Assembly (NCBI GenBank): GCA_963737155.1
Contig: CAVTRN010000002.1
Coordinates: 800,001 to 864,000, forward strand
Length of the DNA: 64,000 nt
Source of the DNA: Nitrospirota bacterium
GTDB taxonomy: Bacteria; Nitrospirota; UBA9217
Direction: 5' to 3'
The notes under the pieces were generated by a model that saw only the letters and a program-made list of their open reading frames with translations, was not told where the DNA came from and ran no database searches. Every line of letters starts with the position of its first letter. Positions within the stretch are counted from its first letter, which is position 1. Position numbers and translations under genes: made by a program. Below, in pieces: positions 9,931 through 20,013 of the stretch.

Positions 9931-11208
9931 ATGAACACCCTCATCGAAAAAAAGCAGGAAACCGTCGAAGCTGCGTATTTTCTGAGCAACCTTCTCGGCA
10001 CAAAAATTCTTAATGGCGACAAGAAGATCGGAAAACTCCAGGATATCGTCGTTATTGAACACGGAAAGCTTCCGGTTGTGACTCATTTCATGATTCACCG
10101 GTCTTTTGGCCGTAAACCACTCCTGGTTCCCTGGGAACGGGTGGTGGTGGTCAACGTGAAGCAGATCATCGTTGATTTGGAGGCCATAGAACAGTATGAA
10201 GCAGAACCTGCTGAATCACAGGTACTATTGAACGATTACATAATAGACAAAAAGGTCCTTGATATGGACGACAACGAGGTTGACGTAGTATATGACATCA
10301 AACTGACACTGCGCAACCGAGTGATGTACGTAACCGACGTTGACTTCAGCAAATATGCTCTGTTTAAAAGGCTGGGACTCAAACCGCTCATGAAACTGCT
10401 ATTTGGCGATTCCGACTTCATAAAGAAGGATACTCTCTCCTGGTCCTATGTCCAGCCATTGCCGAAACATATTGGCAGCTTTAATGGCGATGTGAAACTC
10501 ACCGTATTGAAAGAGAAGCTTCTCGAGATCTCTCCGGTCGATCTTGCGGACATTCTGGAGGAACTGAGCGGGGAACAGAGGCTTGCCATCTTCAATGAAC
10601 TGGAAACCGAGCACGCGTCGGATACTTTGGAAGAAATCGAACCACGCGTTCAGCGGGAGATCATCTCTTCCATCAAGAAGGAGCGGGCAGCGGAACTGAT
10701 TAATGCCATGACTCCTGCACAAGCAGCCGATATTCTCGCCATCCTGCCAGGGTCAGATGCCGATGAAATTCTCAAACTGATCGATAAAGAGAATGTCGGA
10801 AAGATACAGTATATGCTGGACAAACAGGATGAGAAGATTATTAACTTTTCCACGTCGCATTTCATCAAGCTTCCGCCCGATACGCCAGGGAGCCTCGTCC
10901 TCGAGCAGTTTCGCGAGATCGCGCGGGATATGGACGAGATCATGTATCTCTACATCGTAGATGAAAAGGACACTTTGCTGGGTGTGGCAGACATTAAAGA
11001 AGTGTTAAAAGCCAAAGGTGACGATAAGCTTGCGGATATCATGACGACGAATGTTATTCATTTAAGTCCAGAAAACACTCTGCTTGAGGCGGCTGAGATG
11101 TTTTCGAGATATAGCTTCAGGGCCATTCCTGTGACCGACGATAACAGTGTCATTCTCGGTGTCATCCCTTATCGCGACATAATGAAGCTAAAGCACAAGT
11201 TTATGTAA
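9931..11208 (+). CDS. soluble PRC-barrel/MgtE N-terminal/CBS-pair protein (no MgtE membrane domain)
   Basis: RBS GGAGGT; GKLQDIVV PRC-like start, PVDLADILEEL MgtE-N motif, two CBS domains, no TM helices. Confidence 0.88.
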   Translation: MNTLIEKKQETVEAAYFLSNLLGTKILNGDKKIGKLQDIVVIEHGKLPVVTHFMIHRSFGRKPLLVPWERVVVVNVKQIIVDLEAIEQYEAEPAESQVLLNDYIIDKKVLDMDDNEVDVVYDIKLTLRNRVMYVTDVDFSKYALFKRLGLKPLMKLLFGDSDFIKKDTLSWSYVQPLPKHIGSFNGDVKLTVLKEKLLEISPVDLADILEELSGEQRLAIFNELETEHASDTLEEIEPRVQREIISSIKKERAAELINAMTPAQAADILAILPGSDADEILKLIDKENVGKIQYMLDKQDEKIINFSTSHFIKLPPDTPGSLVLEQFREIARDMDEIMYLYIVDEKDTLLGVADIKEVLKAKGDDKLADIMTTNVIHLSPENTLLEAAEMFSRYSFRAIPVTDDNSVILGVIPYRDIMKLKHKFM

Positions 11209-11529
11209 TGTGCAGTTGTCGGGGCAGGCAATCATGACAAATGTAATTTCTATTATTGTTTCCGGGAAGCAATTTTCCCAGCCCCGCAAGCCGCGTTCCC
11301 AAAAAAGCAGAAACAAAGGGAACCGCCACGCGGTCTAAGTGGATGTTCAAACTATTTCGGCCAGGGAGTGGGCTGCATCAAGCGATTCTTTCTATAAATT
11401 TATCCACACCGCCTTCTCCCGATTTTTCCACGAAGTCTTTGCCAGTCTTCTTCGCTGTCATCTTGAGTCGTACCTCTTCTTTATCCGCCCGTCTTCGGGA
11501 AGCTTTTTGATCGCCTCTGAGCAATGCAA

Positions 11530-12162
11530 CTATTGGGCATTCTTTTGTTTTCTCTTTTTCCATAACAGATAAAACGCAAAAAGAACGATCGCTGCTAGAG
11601 AACCGATCCCAAGAATGTGATGGATGTTTTTCGTTTGTTTGGACCACTGTTCTTCAAAAAAGTAGCCGAGGAAAATAAAGGTACTTGACCAGATAAATGC
11701 GCCGCCGTATCCAAAAAAAGTAAACTCAGTAAAGGTCATCTTTGATGTCCCCGCGGCAAATACAGTCAAGTGCCGCACGCCGGGCAGAAAATAGCCGAAC
11801 AACAGCCCCCACCTGCCTGAATGTTCAAACCACTCATGCATCTTGTCCATCTTTTCCGGGGTCAGTCGAACAAATCTGCCGAATTTCTTGACGAGGTAGA
11901 GTCCGAGGGTTCTGCCCAGTGCGTAGTTAAATGTTGCACCGCATACGCTGCCGAGGACAGCAGCAGTAACCGTGGGGATAGGAAGGAGTTCGCCCTTGTA
12001 AATGAGATGGCCGAGATAGGCGAGTATCCATTCGTTGGGCAAAGGAAGACCGATAATGCCTACCGCAAAAAGTCCGGCTATGACACCGTAGCCATGTATT
12101 TTAATCCAGTGCGTTACCCAATGAATGATATGATAGTTTCTGGCATAAAACATTTTATCCAT
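11530..12162 (-). CDS. DedA family membrane protein
   Basis: GLPLPNE, FNYALGR.LG, FGYFLPGVR motifs. Confidence 0.9.
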   Translation of the reverse strand: MDKMFYARNYHIIHWVTHWIKIHGYGVIAGLFAVGIIGLPLPNEWILAYLGHLIYKGELLPIPTVTAAVLGSVCGATFNYALGRTLGLYLVKKFGRFVRLTPEKMDKMHEWFEHSGRWGLLFGYFLPGVRHLTVFAAGTSKMTFTEFTFFGYGGAFIWSSTFIFLGYFFEEQWSKQTKNIHHILGIGSLAAIVLFAFYLLWKKRKQKNAQ

Positions 12163-12386
12163 GAACGTTAGTGGATTCTATCCCAAGACTAAACGGCCCC
12201 TCCGAAGGTAAGACTAGCAACCTGTATGTTGTTGATGCATCGATTCTATCGTACGACATTATCACTTTAGCCTTATCGTTGTCTCCATTTCGTTAGGCTT
12301 GTGACGCTGCGGCAAGATTTACCAAAATATTATGATTATTGATATAGAATGGTTATGTCTATTTTTTTACCAGCCTCAGATTCGTC

Positions 12387-13790
12387 TCATATATTTACGT
12401 TTGGCCCCAAGTCAATAGAGTGTGGGTAAGTCAAAATGCTTGCAAGTCGATTTTTTTTGTAAGACGGCATTGCCATGAACGTAGCAACACTGCAATTTAA
12501 AATTTTTAACGAGTTACAAACATCGACCTTGTTGCGCTTCACTCGCAATGATTGCATAGAGAAGTCATAGAACGTATCAGTCCATAGTTCCGTGCCGAGA
12601 GCCATTTTATATGTGAATGCTCCCGCAACCGAAGATAAGACTATTGGTTGGGGCTTCCAACATAGAAGATTCCCGGAGGATTGTCTGTCTCTTGGAAGAA
12701 GCAGTGTCACTTGCTTCGCGATATTCGGACGAAGCAAAATGTAATTGCCAATTGTATCGGCAGCGTGCGAGTCTGCGTGTTCCTTGGCGCCGCAGCGCGG
12801 ACAGAAAAATGTTTCCCCGTTGCGCATACTGGCATCGACCAGGGAATGGACGGTACAGCAAGAGGATGTGTGGTAGCTTGGGATAACTATCTCCGGGATA
12901 CCATCCCATTGCAGTTTATCCGATGCTCTTCGTATATACTGTCCTTTTGAACCGTTATTGATCATCTTGTTGAAGGTTCGGCCCTTGTAGCCTGGATCGT
13001 TTTTCTCCCTGGCAAGGATAGAAAGATCTTCCCGTACGATTGCCGCATGGTATTTCCTTGCAAGAATTGTTTCCTGGTTGGACAGATACCCGAACCACGA
13101 TTTCTTAACCCCCGCGGTTTTCTTATAGAAGGACAAGCGTTTTTTCTTCATCTCGACGAGGTGATGAAGCAGCCGGAAAAACTTTTTATGGATATGCCGT
13201 ATATAGGGGTCACCAGGATCCTGTCCCTCGGCAAATTGCTCCCGTTCGTCCAGCCCCAGGTATCCACAAATGATGCTTTTAAGCTTGTTCAGATTATTGT
13301 AGCCGGTGTCTATCTGCGACTTCAGTTTTTCGATACGTTTGCAGGAATCATTGATGTTCCGGAGAAAACCGCGGCCGTTGAAGCGGATGCGTTCCACGAC
13401 GTTGTCATTGGGATGGCTGTAATTTTTCAGATAATCGAGAGCCTCTCCCCGGGTAAACTCGCTGATTTGCTTAAGTTTCTTCTCATCGATCTGATCATCT
13501 ATCCTTAGGGCGAGACGCGCTTTTTCCACATATGCTTTGTTGAAACCAATATCCATGTTTTTCTGGAGAGCGGTCAGAACAGCATGGACGTCCTCGCCGT
13601 TTCTTGTGCTTGCGAGAGGTTCGGGAAGGAACGCCGCATCCACAAACGAATTCGCAGCGGCAAGAAACTTCCTGCGAATAATCAAGAGATCGCCCATCTT
13701 GCCGGCCGTCAGCATGCCAGGGTCCAGCATGGTTTTCCCGCTGGGGATGGAGCGCCTGAACACATTTTTATCCCCTTTGCCGTAGGCCAT
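12387..13790 (-). CDS. tnpB: atypical TnpB-family protein, RuvC-I motif not recognisable, ORF reads through the element right end
   Basis: AIVREDL (RuvC-II), HTSSCCTVH..FFCPRCG zinc ribbon, HADSHAA (RuvC-III); start overlaps the tnpA stop. Confidence 0.75.
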   Translation of the reverse strand: MAYGKGDKNVFRRSIPSGKTMLDPGMLTAGKMGDLLIIRRKFLAAANSFVDAAFLPEPLASTRNGEDVHAVLTALQKNMDIGFNKAYVEKARLALRIDDQIDEKKLKQISEFTRGEALDYLKNYSHPNDNVVERIRFNGRGFLRNINDSCKRIEKLKSQIDTGYNNLNKLKSIICGYLGLDEREQFAEGQDPGDPYIRHIHKKFFRLLHHLVEMKKKRLSFYKKTAGVKKSWFGYLSNQETILARKYHAAIVREDLSILAREKNDPGYKGRTFNKMINNGSKGQYIRRASDKLQWDGIPEIVIPSYHTSSCCTVHSLVDASMRNGETFFCPRCGAKEHADSHAADTIGNYILLRPNIAKQVTLLLPRDRQSSGNLLCWKPQPIVLSSVAGAFTYKMALGTELWTDTFYDFSMQSLRVKRNKVDVCNSLKILNCSVATFMAMPSYKKNRLASILTYPHSIDLGPNVNI

Positions 13791-14294
13791 TAATTTCCTT
13801 GCCCTTCAAGGTATTTCTGTATGACTTCAAGCGGCGCTCCGCCAGCGGTAACAACAAAGTAGCTTGCCGCCCAAAACTTTTCCTTCCACAATTTTTCTTT
13901 AATGCCGGGAAATTCTTTTTTGAGCAAACGGGATGTAACGGTTTTCAGGGAATTGATAAGACGGCACAAATTGAATTCCGGCGGAGCGGACAACAGGATA
14001 TGTATATGGTCAGGTTCACCGTTTGCTTCCACGATTTTTGCCTTGAAATCCGTGGCGATATCTCCTGCTATTTCCAAACACCGGCGAAGTACGGGTTCCG
14101 TAAGCACCTTTCTGCGATATGCAACCACTAGAACCAAGTGGTAGTTCAGACTAAAAACACTATGATGTGAGTAAGTTAATTCCATTTAACCAAACATAGC
14201 ATCGTCTGTTGGAAATGTCAACTGCTTTTCAATCGACTTCCCAATTTACCCCGCAACCAATACGTAGTTTGAATGGGGTGTTCTTGGATAGATG
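12613..14294 (-). mobile_element. IS200/IS605-family element (tnpA + tnpB in tandem)
   Basis: left end follows TTTAT (14295-14299, minus strand) with a subterminal hairpin at about 14241-14287; right-end hairpin at 12621-12653 followed by TTCAC; both ends share CCCGCAACC. Confidence 0.78.
13790..14185 (-). CDS. tnpA: IS200/IS605 Y1 (HUH) transposase
   Basis: YHLVLVVAYRR, EPDHIHIL (HUH), FWAASYF, catalytic Tyr in KYLEGQ. Confidence 0.95.
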   Translation of the reverse strand: MELTYSHHSVFSLNYHLVLVVAYRRKVLTEPVLRRCLEIAGDIATDFKAKIVEANGEPDHIHILLSAPPEFNLCRLINSLKTVTSRLLKKEFPGIKEKLWKEKFWAASYFVVTAGGAPLEVIQKYLEGQGN

Positions 14295-14392
14295 ATAAAA
14301 TAAAAATAATCAAGCATTGTATTTGATTGGGTCTCCCGAGTTTAGTGTGGGGTATTTTAGACTTCTCGGATGAAAGATGTAAGTACTTTTAT

Positions 14393-14536
14393 AAAACAGT
14401 CCTGAAATACCCAGCAGCTTGCTGCTGGGATGAAAAGGACATCCTGGCGAAGCCAGGATAAGTCTTCAGCTTCTTTGTTGTGCTTTTTTAAGGTTTCAAG
14501 TTCCGATGCCCCGCAGCTTGCTGCGGGGTAATTCAC
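14393..14536 (+). mobile_element. non-autonomous miniature IS200/IS605 derivative (PATE-like)
   Basis: follows TTTAT (14388-14392); palindromes CCCAGCAGCTTGCTGCTGGG (14410-14429) and CCCCGCAGCTTGCTGCGGGG (14509-14528); ends in TTCAC; no ORF. Confidence 0.75.
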
Positions 14537-14625
14537 TAGCCGAAGGCATTGATATTAAGAGCACTTTTGTTCATTTAGACTGATAATTCTCAGCACTCTA
14601 AGCTACCAGGTTGATAATTGCTTCG

Positions 14626-15276
14626 TCATAGTTTAACCCGAATAGGACCGCACATTGGCTCGACATTGTCCTTGATGGCCTGGCTGGCAGCTGCCTTCCG
14701 CGCGATAGCGATCTCTTCCTTGTTCAATTGCCAGCCAAGAGTTTTGGATCGCATGAGATTATCCTCGGAGTCCTGTCGATGCGGAAGGCCCAGGGCATGG
14801 CCGAGTTCGTGTGCGGCTGTTCGGGCCGCAGAGTGCTGTACAGGCCTCGGCGCCGCTCTCAGGATCGGCGTATCACGCACATAGATAGAGTGACCGCCGC
14901 TGTAGATGCCATTTATGCTGTCGTTATCGTCTATCCGGGGCATGAACCAGATATCGAACCCTGGAGACTTCACGTCGGTCATCACAACCGTTATCTCGAA
15001 GCAAATGCCGGCCTGAGACCACCAGATGTGATTGATTTCCTCTAAAATATCAGTGAAAGCTGCAGCACTCCTGGCGCTCTCCTTCAGGTGAACGCTCAGC
15101 GGGATGTGGTAGACAGGCAAGGAGGGAGTGGACAGCTCCTGAGGGGTTATGGAAGTTTCAGGCTGCGACGAGAGAGCCAGCTCTTCGGCGTAAGCTGCCG
15201 TACGATAGCCAAAAACGGCTACTATAGCGAAGAGCATGACCAAGCTGAAGTGGAGAATTCTCTCAAACCTTTTCAT
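14626..15276 (-). CDS. secreted metzincin (matrixin-like) zinc metalloprotease
   Basis: signal peptide; HELGHALGLPH zinc motif followed by NLM Met-turn. Confidence 0.85.
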   Translation of the reverse strand: MKRFERILHFSLVMLFAIVAVFGYRTAAYAEELALSSQPETSITPQELSTPSLPVYHIPLSVHLKESARSAAAFTDILEEINHIWWSQAGICFEITVVMTDVKSPGFDIWFMPRIDDNDSINGIYSGGHSIYVRDTPILRAAPRPVQHSAARTAAHELGHALGLPHRQDSEDNLMRSKTLGWQLNKEEIAIARKAAASQAIKDNVEPMCGPIRVKL

Positions 15277-15422
15277 ATATAATAGGAAAGGTGTCTCGAA
15301 ACATATAGAACATCGAACTTGTATATCACATAGCGTGGCCGTGAAAGATTCATTATATTCTTTAAATATACTGTGCGCTAGTCACTATTTACGTTGATAG
15401 TTTGACTTAGAAGGAATTCCTG

Positions 15423-16292
15423 CTAGAAATTGATTGATACGCCGAACCTGATACCGTAAATATCGGTGTGGCTGTCCGGTTCTATTGCATAAAGTACCTG
15501 CCCCGTTGACGGGTCGTACACAGGGGATTCATTCCGTGTGAGCAGAACTGGATTCGAGGCGCCGATGTTCCACCGCTGGTAATACGGCCTCGCGAAAAGG
15601 GAGATGTCGCTGAGTATGCCTTTGTCGATCTCGTACGTCAGCGGCACTTCGATATGGTACCCTGGCTCAGGCTTCAAGTTGAAGGTGGCTTTGTCATATT
15701 GGCCATCCGTGCTGGTCTGCATCTGCGGGTCGATCAGAAACTGGATAGAGGCATCGAGCCCGATGAGGCATTTGCCATAACGGTAGGCGAAATTGGCTCC
15801 TAGTGCGCCATAGCCCCATGTGTACGTTTCCAAGTAGTTCGGCAGATCATTTTCTCCTCTGTCCCAATACCGATATCCAAGTGCAACGTACGGCGACAAC
15901 GTCGCATTCGAAAAATTCAAGGCCTTGTATCCGATAGACCCTTCCAATTGATAAAATAATTCGCTCGTTTTCAACGTGATCGCAGTCCCGTTCTGCAGTG
16001 CTCCCTTGTACGTAGATGAACCCGAGCCGTTGAAATCAATGGATCCGCGTGCGAACATCTCTTCAGTGTCATACCGGGCTTCGAAGAGCAGGCCGTTCAT
16101 CCAGCCGGTATCCCGGTCTAAAACGTTGCCATTCATGATTTCCTTGTACGAAAGATAGTTGCCGTCATACCCGAGCGATAGCGTAACTCCTTGTTGGCCG
16201 GCGCCAGCGCTTTCCCTTTGTCCAGCATCGGTCTCCCGCAGGGGAAATAGCATAAATATGCCAATAAAACAGACTACAAAAACTTTTTTCAT
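15423..16292 (-). CDS. outer-membrane beta-barrel protein
   Basis: RBS GGAGGT, signal peptide, amphipathic Tyr/Gly-rich strands, C-terminal GIRFGVSINF. Confidence 0.8.
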   Translation of the reverse strand: MKKVFVVCFIGIFMLFPLRETDAGQRESAGAGQQGVTLSLGYDGNYLSYKEIMNGNVLDRDTGWMNGLLFEARYDTEEMFARGSIDFNGSGSSTYKGALQNGTAITLKTSELFYQLEGSIGYKALNFSNATLSPYVALGYRYWDRGENDLPNYLETYTWGYGALGANFAYRYGKCLIGLDASIQFLIDPQMQTSTDGQYDKATFNLKPEPGYHIEVPLTYEIDKGILSDISLFARPYYQRWNIGASNPVLLTRNESPVYDPSTGQVLYAIEPDSHTDIYGIRFGVSINF

Positions 16293-17143
16293 ACACCTCC
16301 CATATGGCTATTAGATGAATATGAACTCTTTTCCCTTCGGTTTAATTTGAAATAGCTGTCATGTCATAAATTTTATTCAAGAGTTAAATTTATTGATAGA
16401 TAATTTAAGTAAATTTCCGAGATATTCTGAGAGTTTGTCATCGTTGGGTTTTGTATCGGGCAACTGATTGATTTAATAAGAAACATCACTCACGTTCAAG
16501 AAATCGTGAATGATTAGAAATCAATTTGTCATAAAGTCCTCTACAGGTTTCTGGGACTATTCATATCCTACATTTAATTTAAAGGTAGCATGGCCTCTTC
16601 GATTGTCAAGCCAAAAAGCCTCACAAATCAGGAATGGGCATATATAAGGTATCGCAGAAGGTGGCACTCTATCACAATGGATTTTCAACAAACGTTTGGT
16701 GGATGAGCTTCTACCATTGGGAAAATCTCCCGGGATAAAGAATTAAGGGACTAACGATCGATAACATGATCGGCTTTTTGACGAGGACATGGATCTCTCC
16801 TTTGAAACTGGAGTTCTCGGCGATGATAGTCCCCACAGCAAAAGAGTGGCAATGGTTGGGAGGCAGAAGTCTATACGCCACTTGCTGTCAGGTCCCGGCA
16901 AACCTCATGGAGGATGTCCAAGAATGTCTGCATGCGGGTGTTGCTCTGAGCTTTAAGAGAATTTAGTATGAAATCTGGATGAATATCACTATCAGGATTA
17001 TTCCCTCGTCGCAATATTTGCAACACACCAGTAATTGGCGATGAGATAGACTTAATTTTACAGGAGGTGTAAGATTATTATTAAAACATGTGGCGCAGTC
17101 TTTATCTTGAACTCGTTATTCTCATATGGAGGATGATTAACCC

Positions 17144-18142
17144 ATGACATATCTTCTCAAACCTTTAAAAGTGCGTTCAATGAACTTAGCCAACCGCCTG
17201 GTTATGCCACCGATGGCTACGGCAAAAGCCGAGCCTGACGGAAAAGTAAGTCAGGCACTTCTCGATTACTATGAGGAAAAATCCCGTGGCGGATTTATTT
17301 CATTGATCATCATCGAGCACAGCTACATAACCCCGGAGGGAAAGGCTAGCAATAATCAGCTTTCCGTTTCCGATGACGCGGTGATCTCTGGCCTGTGGAA
17401 ATTATCGGATATCATTCACCGGAGCGGATCAAAGGCTGCAATCCAGATCAACCACGCTGGAAGCGCAGCGCTAAAAGACGTCACGGGAACGACGCCCCTG
17501 GCTCCTTCAGCGACGGCGAACCCAAGGCGTGGCGACATGCCCCGCGAGATTACACAAAAGGAGATCGGCGACATTGTGAATGCCTTTAAAGATGCCAGCC
17601 GTAGGGTCAGAGAAGCAGGCTTTGACGCCGTGGAAATACATTCCGCCCATGGTTATCTTCTCAACCAGTTCTTATCTCCCCTGACAAACAAACGGACAGA
17701 CGAATACGGTGGAGATATTTCTGGCCGCATTCGCATTCACCTACAGGTTATCCAGGCGGTACGCGCGTCGGTTGGGCCGGATTTCCCTATTCAGGTACGA
17801 TTAGGGGCTTCGGATTATACAGATGGCGGAACGACCATTGAGGATAGCAAGATTGCCGCCCGGGCATTTGAAAAGGCAGGTGTGGATATCATTCACATCT
17901 CTGGCGGGTTCATCGGATATACTCCCCCCGATGTTGCCGGGCAAGGTTATTTTGCTCCCCTCAGCGAGGCCATCAAGAGCGCAGTTTCCATTCCCGTGAT
18001 ACTGACCGGCGGGATTACCGAAGTTGAGGCGGCAGAGAAATTCTTGAGGGAGAAGAAAGCAGACCTGATCGGCGTAGGAAGAGCCATCCTTCAAGACAGT
18101 ACATGGGCGGAACGTGCTATTGAACACGTTCGATCAAAGTAG
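17144..18142 (+). CDS. NADH:flavin oxidoreductase (old yellow enzyme family)
   Basis: NRLVMPPM, QINHAG, GFDAVEIHSAHGYLLNQFLSP, NKRTDEYGG. Confidence 0.93.
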   Translation: MTYLLKPLKVRSMNLANRLVMPPMATAKAEPDGKVSQALLDYYEEKSRGGFISLIIIEHSYITPEGKASNNQLSVSDDAVISGLWKLSDIIHRSGSKAAIQINHAGSAALKDVTGTTPLAPSATANPRRGDMPREITQKEIGDIVNAFKDASRRVREAGFDAVEIHSAHGYLLNQFLSPLTNKRTDEYGGDISGRIRIHLQVIQAVRASVGPDFPIQVRLGASDYTDGGTTIEDSKIAARAFEKAGVDIIHISGGFIGYTPPDVAGQGYFAPLSEAIKSAVSIPVILTGGITEVEAAEKFLREKKADLIGVGRAILQDSTWAERAIEHVRSK

Positions 18143-18289
18143 GATTTAATGATTCGAGTGTCTGCATTAATGTATCGCCTTGGGAGCCTGTATTTTTCTG
18201 AAGTAATAAACCCATCGAACCGGAGAAAAGTGTCCTCGCTGAGTCGGGAGCGCAACAAGTAACCAAACTTAAACCATTGATCCTGGACT

Positions 18290-18766
18290 CTATGTGCAGT
18301 ACAAGTTTTTCTCCATAATTATGACCGGACACGAGTGATACATTGTTTTCTCTTTCACAACCCATCCTAATTTTAAATAGAACAATGAAGGAAGAATGAT
18401 ATCAGTTGTGAACAGATACAGTTTGCATATATTTAATTCGGCGGCTATATTCTCTGCAGTTTTTACCAAATTTGAGCCAATCATCTTTCTCCTCCATGGC
18501 TTGACGACGTATAGGCTGGTAAGCCAGTGCGGCAGATCTTTTCTAGCTTCCATGTCAAATGTCCTAAGAGATACTGTCCCTACAGGTTCTCTTGCGTCGA
18601 AGGCCACCAGCGTAAGGGGGAGATTTTTTTTATTAATCCTCTTTCGTAACAAACTTTCTATATCTTGTAGCGTCATCTCGGGATACAGGTATGACCACTC
18701 GTCGTATATCCAACCAGCAAGAACCGGTATAATTTCTTGGTGATCTCCCAGATATTGAATATCCAC
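18290..18766 (-). CDS. GNAT family N-acetyltransferase
   Basis: LYVVKPWRRKMIGSNL acetyl-CoA motif A, FYLKLGW. Confidence 0.85.
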   Translation of the reverse strand: MDIQYLGDHQEIIPVLAGWIYDEWSYLYPEMTLQDIESLLRKRINKKNLPLTLVAFDAREPVGTVSLRTFDMEARKDLPHWLTSLYVVKPWRRKMIGSNLVKTAENIAAELNICKLYLFTTDIILPSLFYLKLGWVVKEKTMYHSCPVIIMEKNLYCT

Positions 18767-19233
18767 TTATACACCATTCTTTCATGGTAAATTAATCAAT
18801 TATACAGGGACCCTTAAAGGCCGGTATCTAATGGTCTGCTCTACGGATCGATCATTTAACTCTATCTTGCCTAAACGATTAAAGATTCCACGACAATTAT
18901 CAAAAAATATTTATTTTCCTTGTAGCATATATTTGCCCGGTGCCACTAATGCAATGTGAATCCCGCAGCTTTAAAAACCGAAACTGCGCGAACTTCAAAG
19001 GAAGCATGTATGCCAATTGGAGTACATGATCGTCACTCTATAAGTTTTGAATCGTCATCTGTTTGATTTTAATTCATAGGGCTGGCTCAGGACGGCTCAT
19101 TCCATAAATTGCCCCACGATATCATTCTCGAAAAATCACAAATTTGTGAAAAACTACGAGACCATATATGCTTGCATAAGTCCGCAACGTAAGCCCGTTC
19201 GGCGTTTTTGCCTTGTTTTACCCGTATGTAATT

Positions 19234-19566
19234 TCATAGTCCTTCAAGCAGCTTGTAATACTCTTTGATTGTATGAATGGATTCCATCGTGGTTTGGTAC
19301 AATATCCAACTGAGAACGAGGATTCCTATAGTGAGTCCGATTTTCCATGCCCGCGTCGTTTGCGGACGCCACCAAATTAGGGGTAGCGCCAGAGGCCCCA
19401 CAGAGCAGATTGCGACGATTATAAAGAATTTTCGGAAATACCATGGAAACTTTTGTTCTGCAAAGCGTTGCGGCGTGGAAGCGTACAAAAACTCGCCACA
19501 GTGTTTACATTTTATCGCGGCATCTTGAATATCTTCAGCACAGAAGGGGCACTTTTTCATTATCAT
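19234..19566 (-). CDS. zinc-ribbon domain membrane protein
   Basis: KKCPFCAEDIQDAAIKCKHCGE followed by two TM segments; start reassigned to ATG 19566 or 19560. Confidence 0.8.
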   Translation of the reverse strand: MIMKKCPFCAEDIQDAAIKCKHCGEFLYASTPQRFAEQKFPWYFRKFFIIVAICSVGPLALPLIWWRPQTTRAWKIGLTIGILVLSWILYQTTMESIHTIKEYYKLLEGL

Positions 19567-19654
19567 CTCTCTTGGCAGAACATTTATTGGGCAGGTACCT
19601 AAATTACATCGCAAATCCGATGCTATCTAGACATTATGGTTGACAGTTGAATAA

Positions 19655-19814
19655 GTGACCTGCCCTTGTCACCGTGGTTATACCCGGATGCAATAGGTGT
19701 TCAAATACAAAACCATAAATAAGGAGGCAGGTCATGAAGAATTCTATCACATTCGGTGGTCTCGATTCAGAAAAAAACTCAATAGCAGTAGCAACGGTCA
19801 AAATCGACACCTAA
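19655..19814 (+). pseudogene. 5' remnant of an IS110-family element
   Basis: AAGGAGG + MKNSITFGGLDSEKNSIAVA (19734..19814) resembles the GLDVHK DEDD start; TGACCTGCC/GGCAGGTCA inverted repeat covers the RBS. Confidence 0.6.
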
Positions 19815-19822
19815 CGCTTGTC

Positions 19823-20013
19823 CATCTTTGCGAGTACAGAACAAGATAGGAAGCGATTCAGGACTTTATGGAATACATCGAGTTTTTACTACAACCGGCA
19901 AAGCAGTCACGCAAGATTAGGATTTCTTTCCCCCCGAGGTCTGTGGACAAAAGTTCTTGCCGGACAGTCGGCAGCATGAACAGTTTGGCGTCCACTATTG
20001 ACATACGACCCTA
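19823..20013 (+). pseudogene. 3' remnant of an IS3-family element
   Basis: EAIQDFMEYIE / YYNRQSSHARLGFLSP (integrase-core C-terminus, frameshifted) followed by IR-like GTCCACTATTGACA. Confidence 0.65.

Noticed and set aside
12387-14536. TnpB-like ORF as a Cas12 effector, with nearby palindromes as a CRISPR array
   Set aside because: No repeat-spacer array or cas genes; tnpA and IS ends explain the locus
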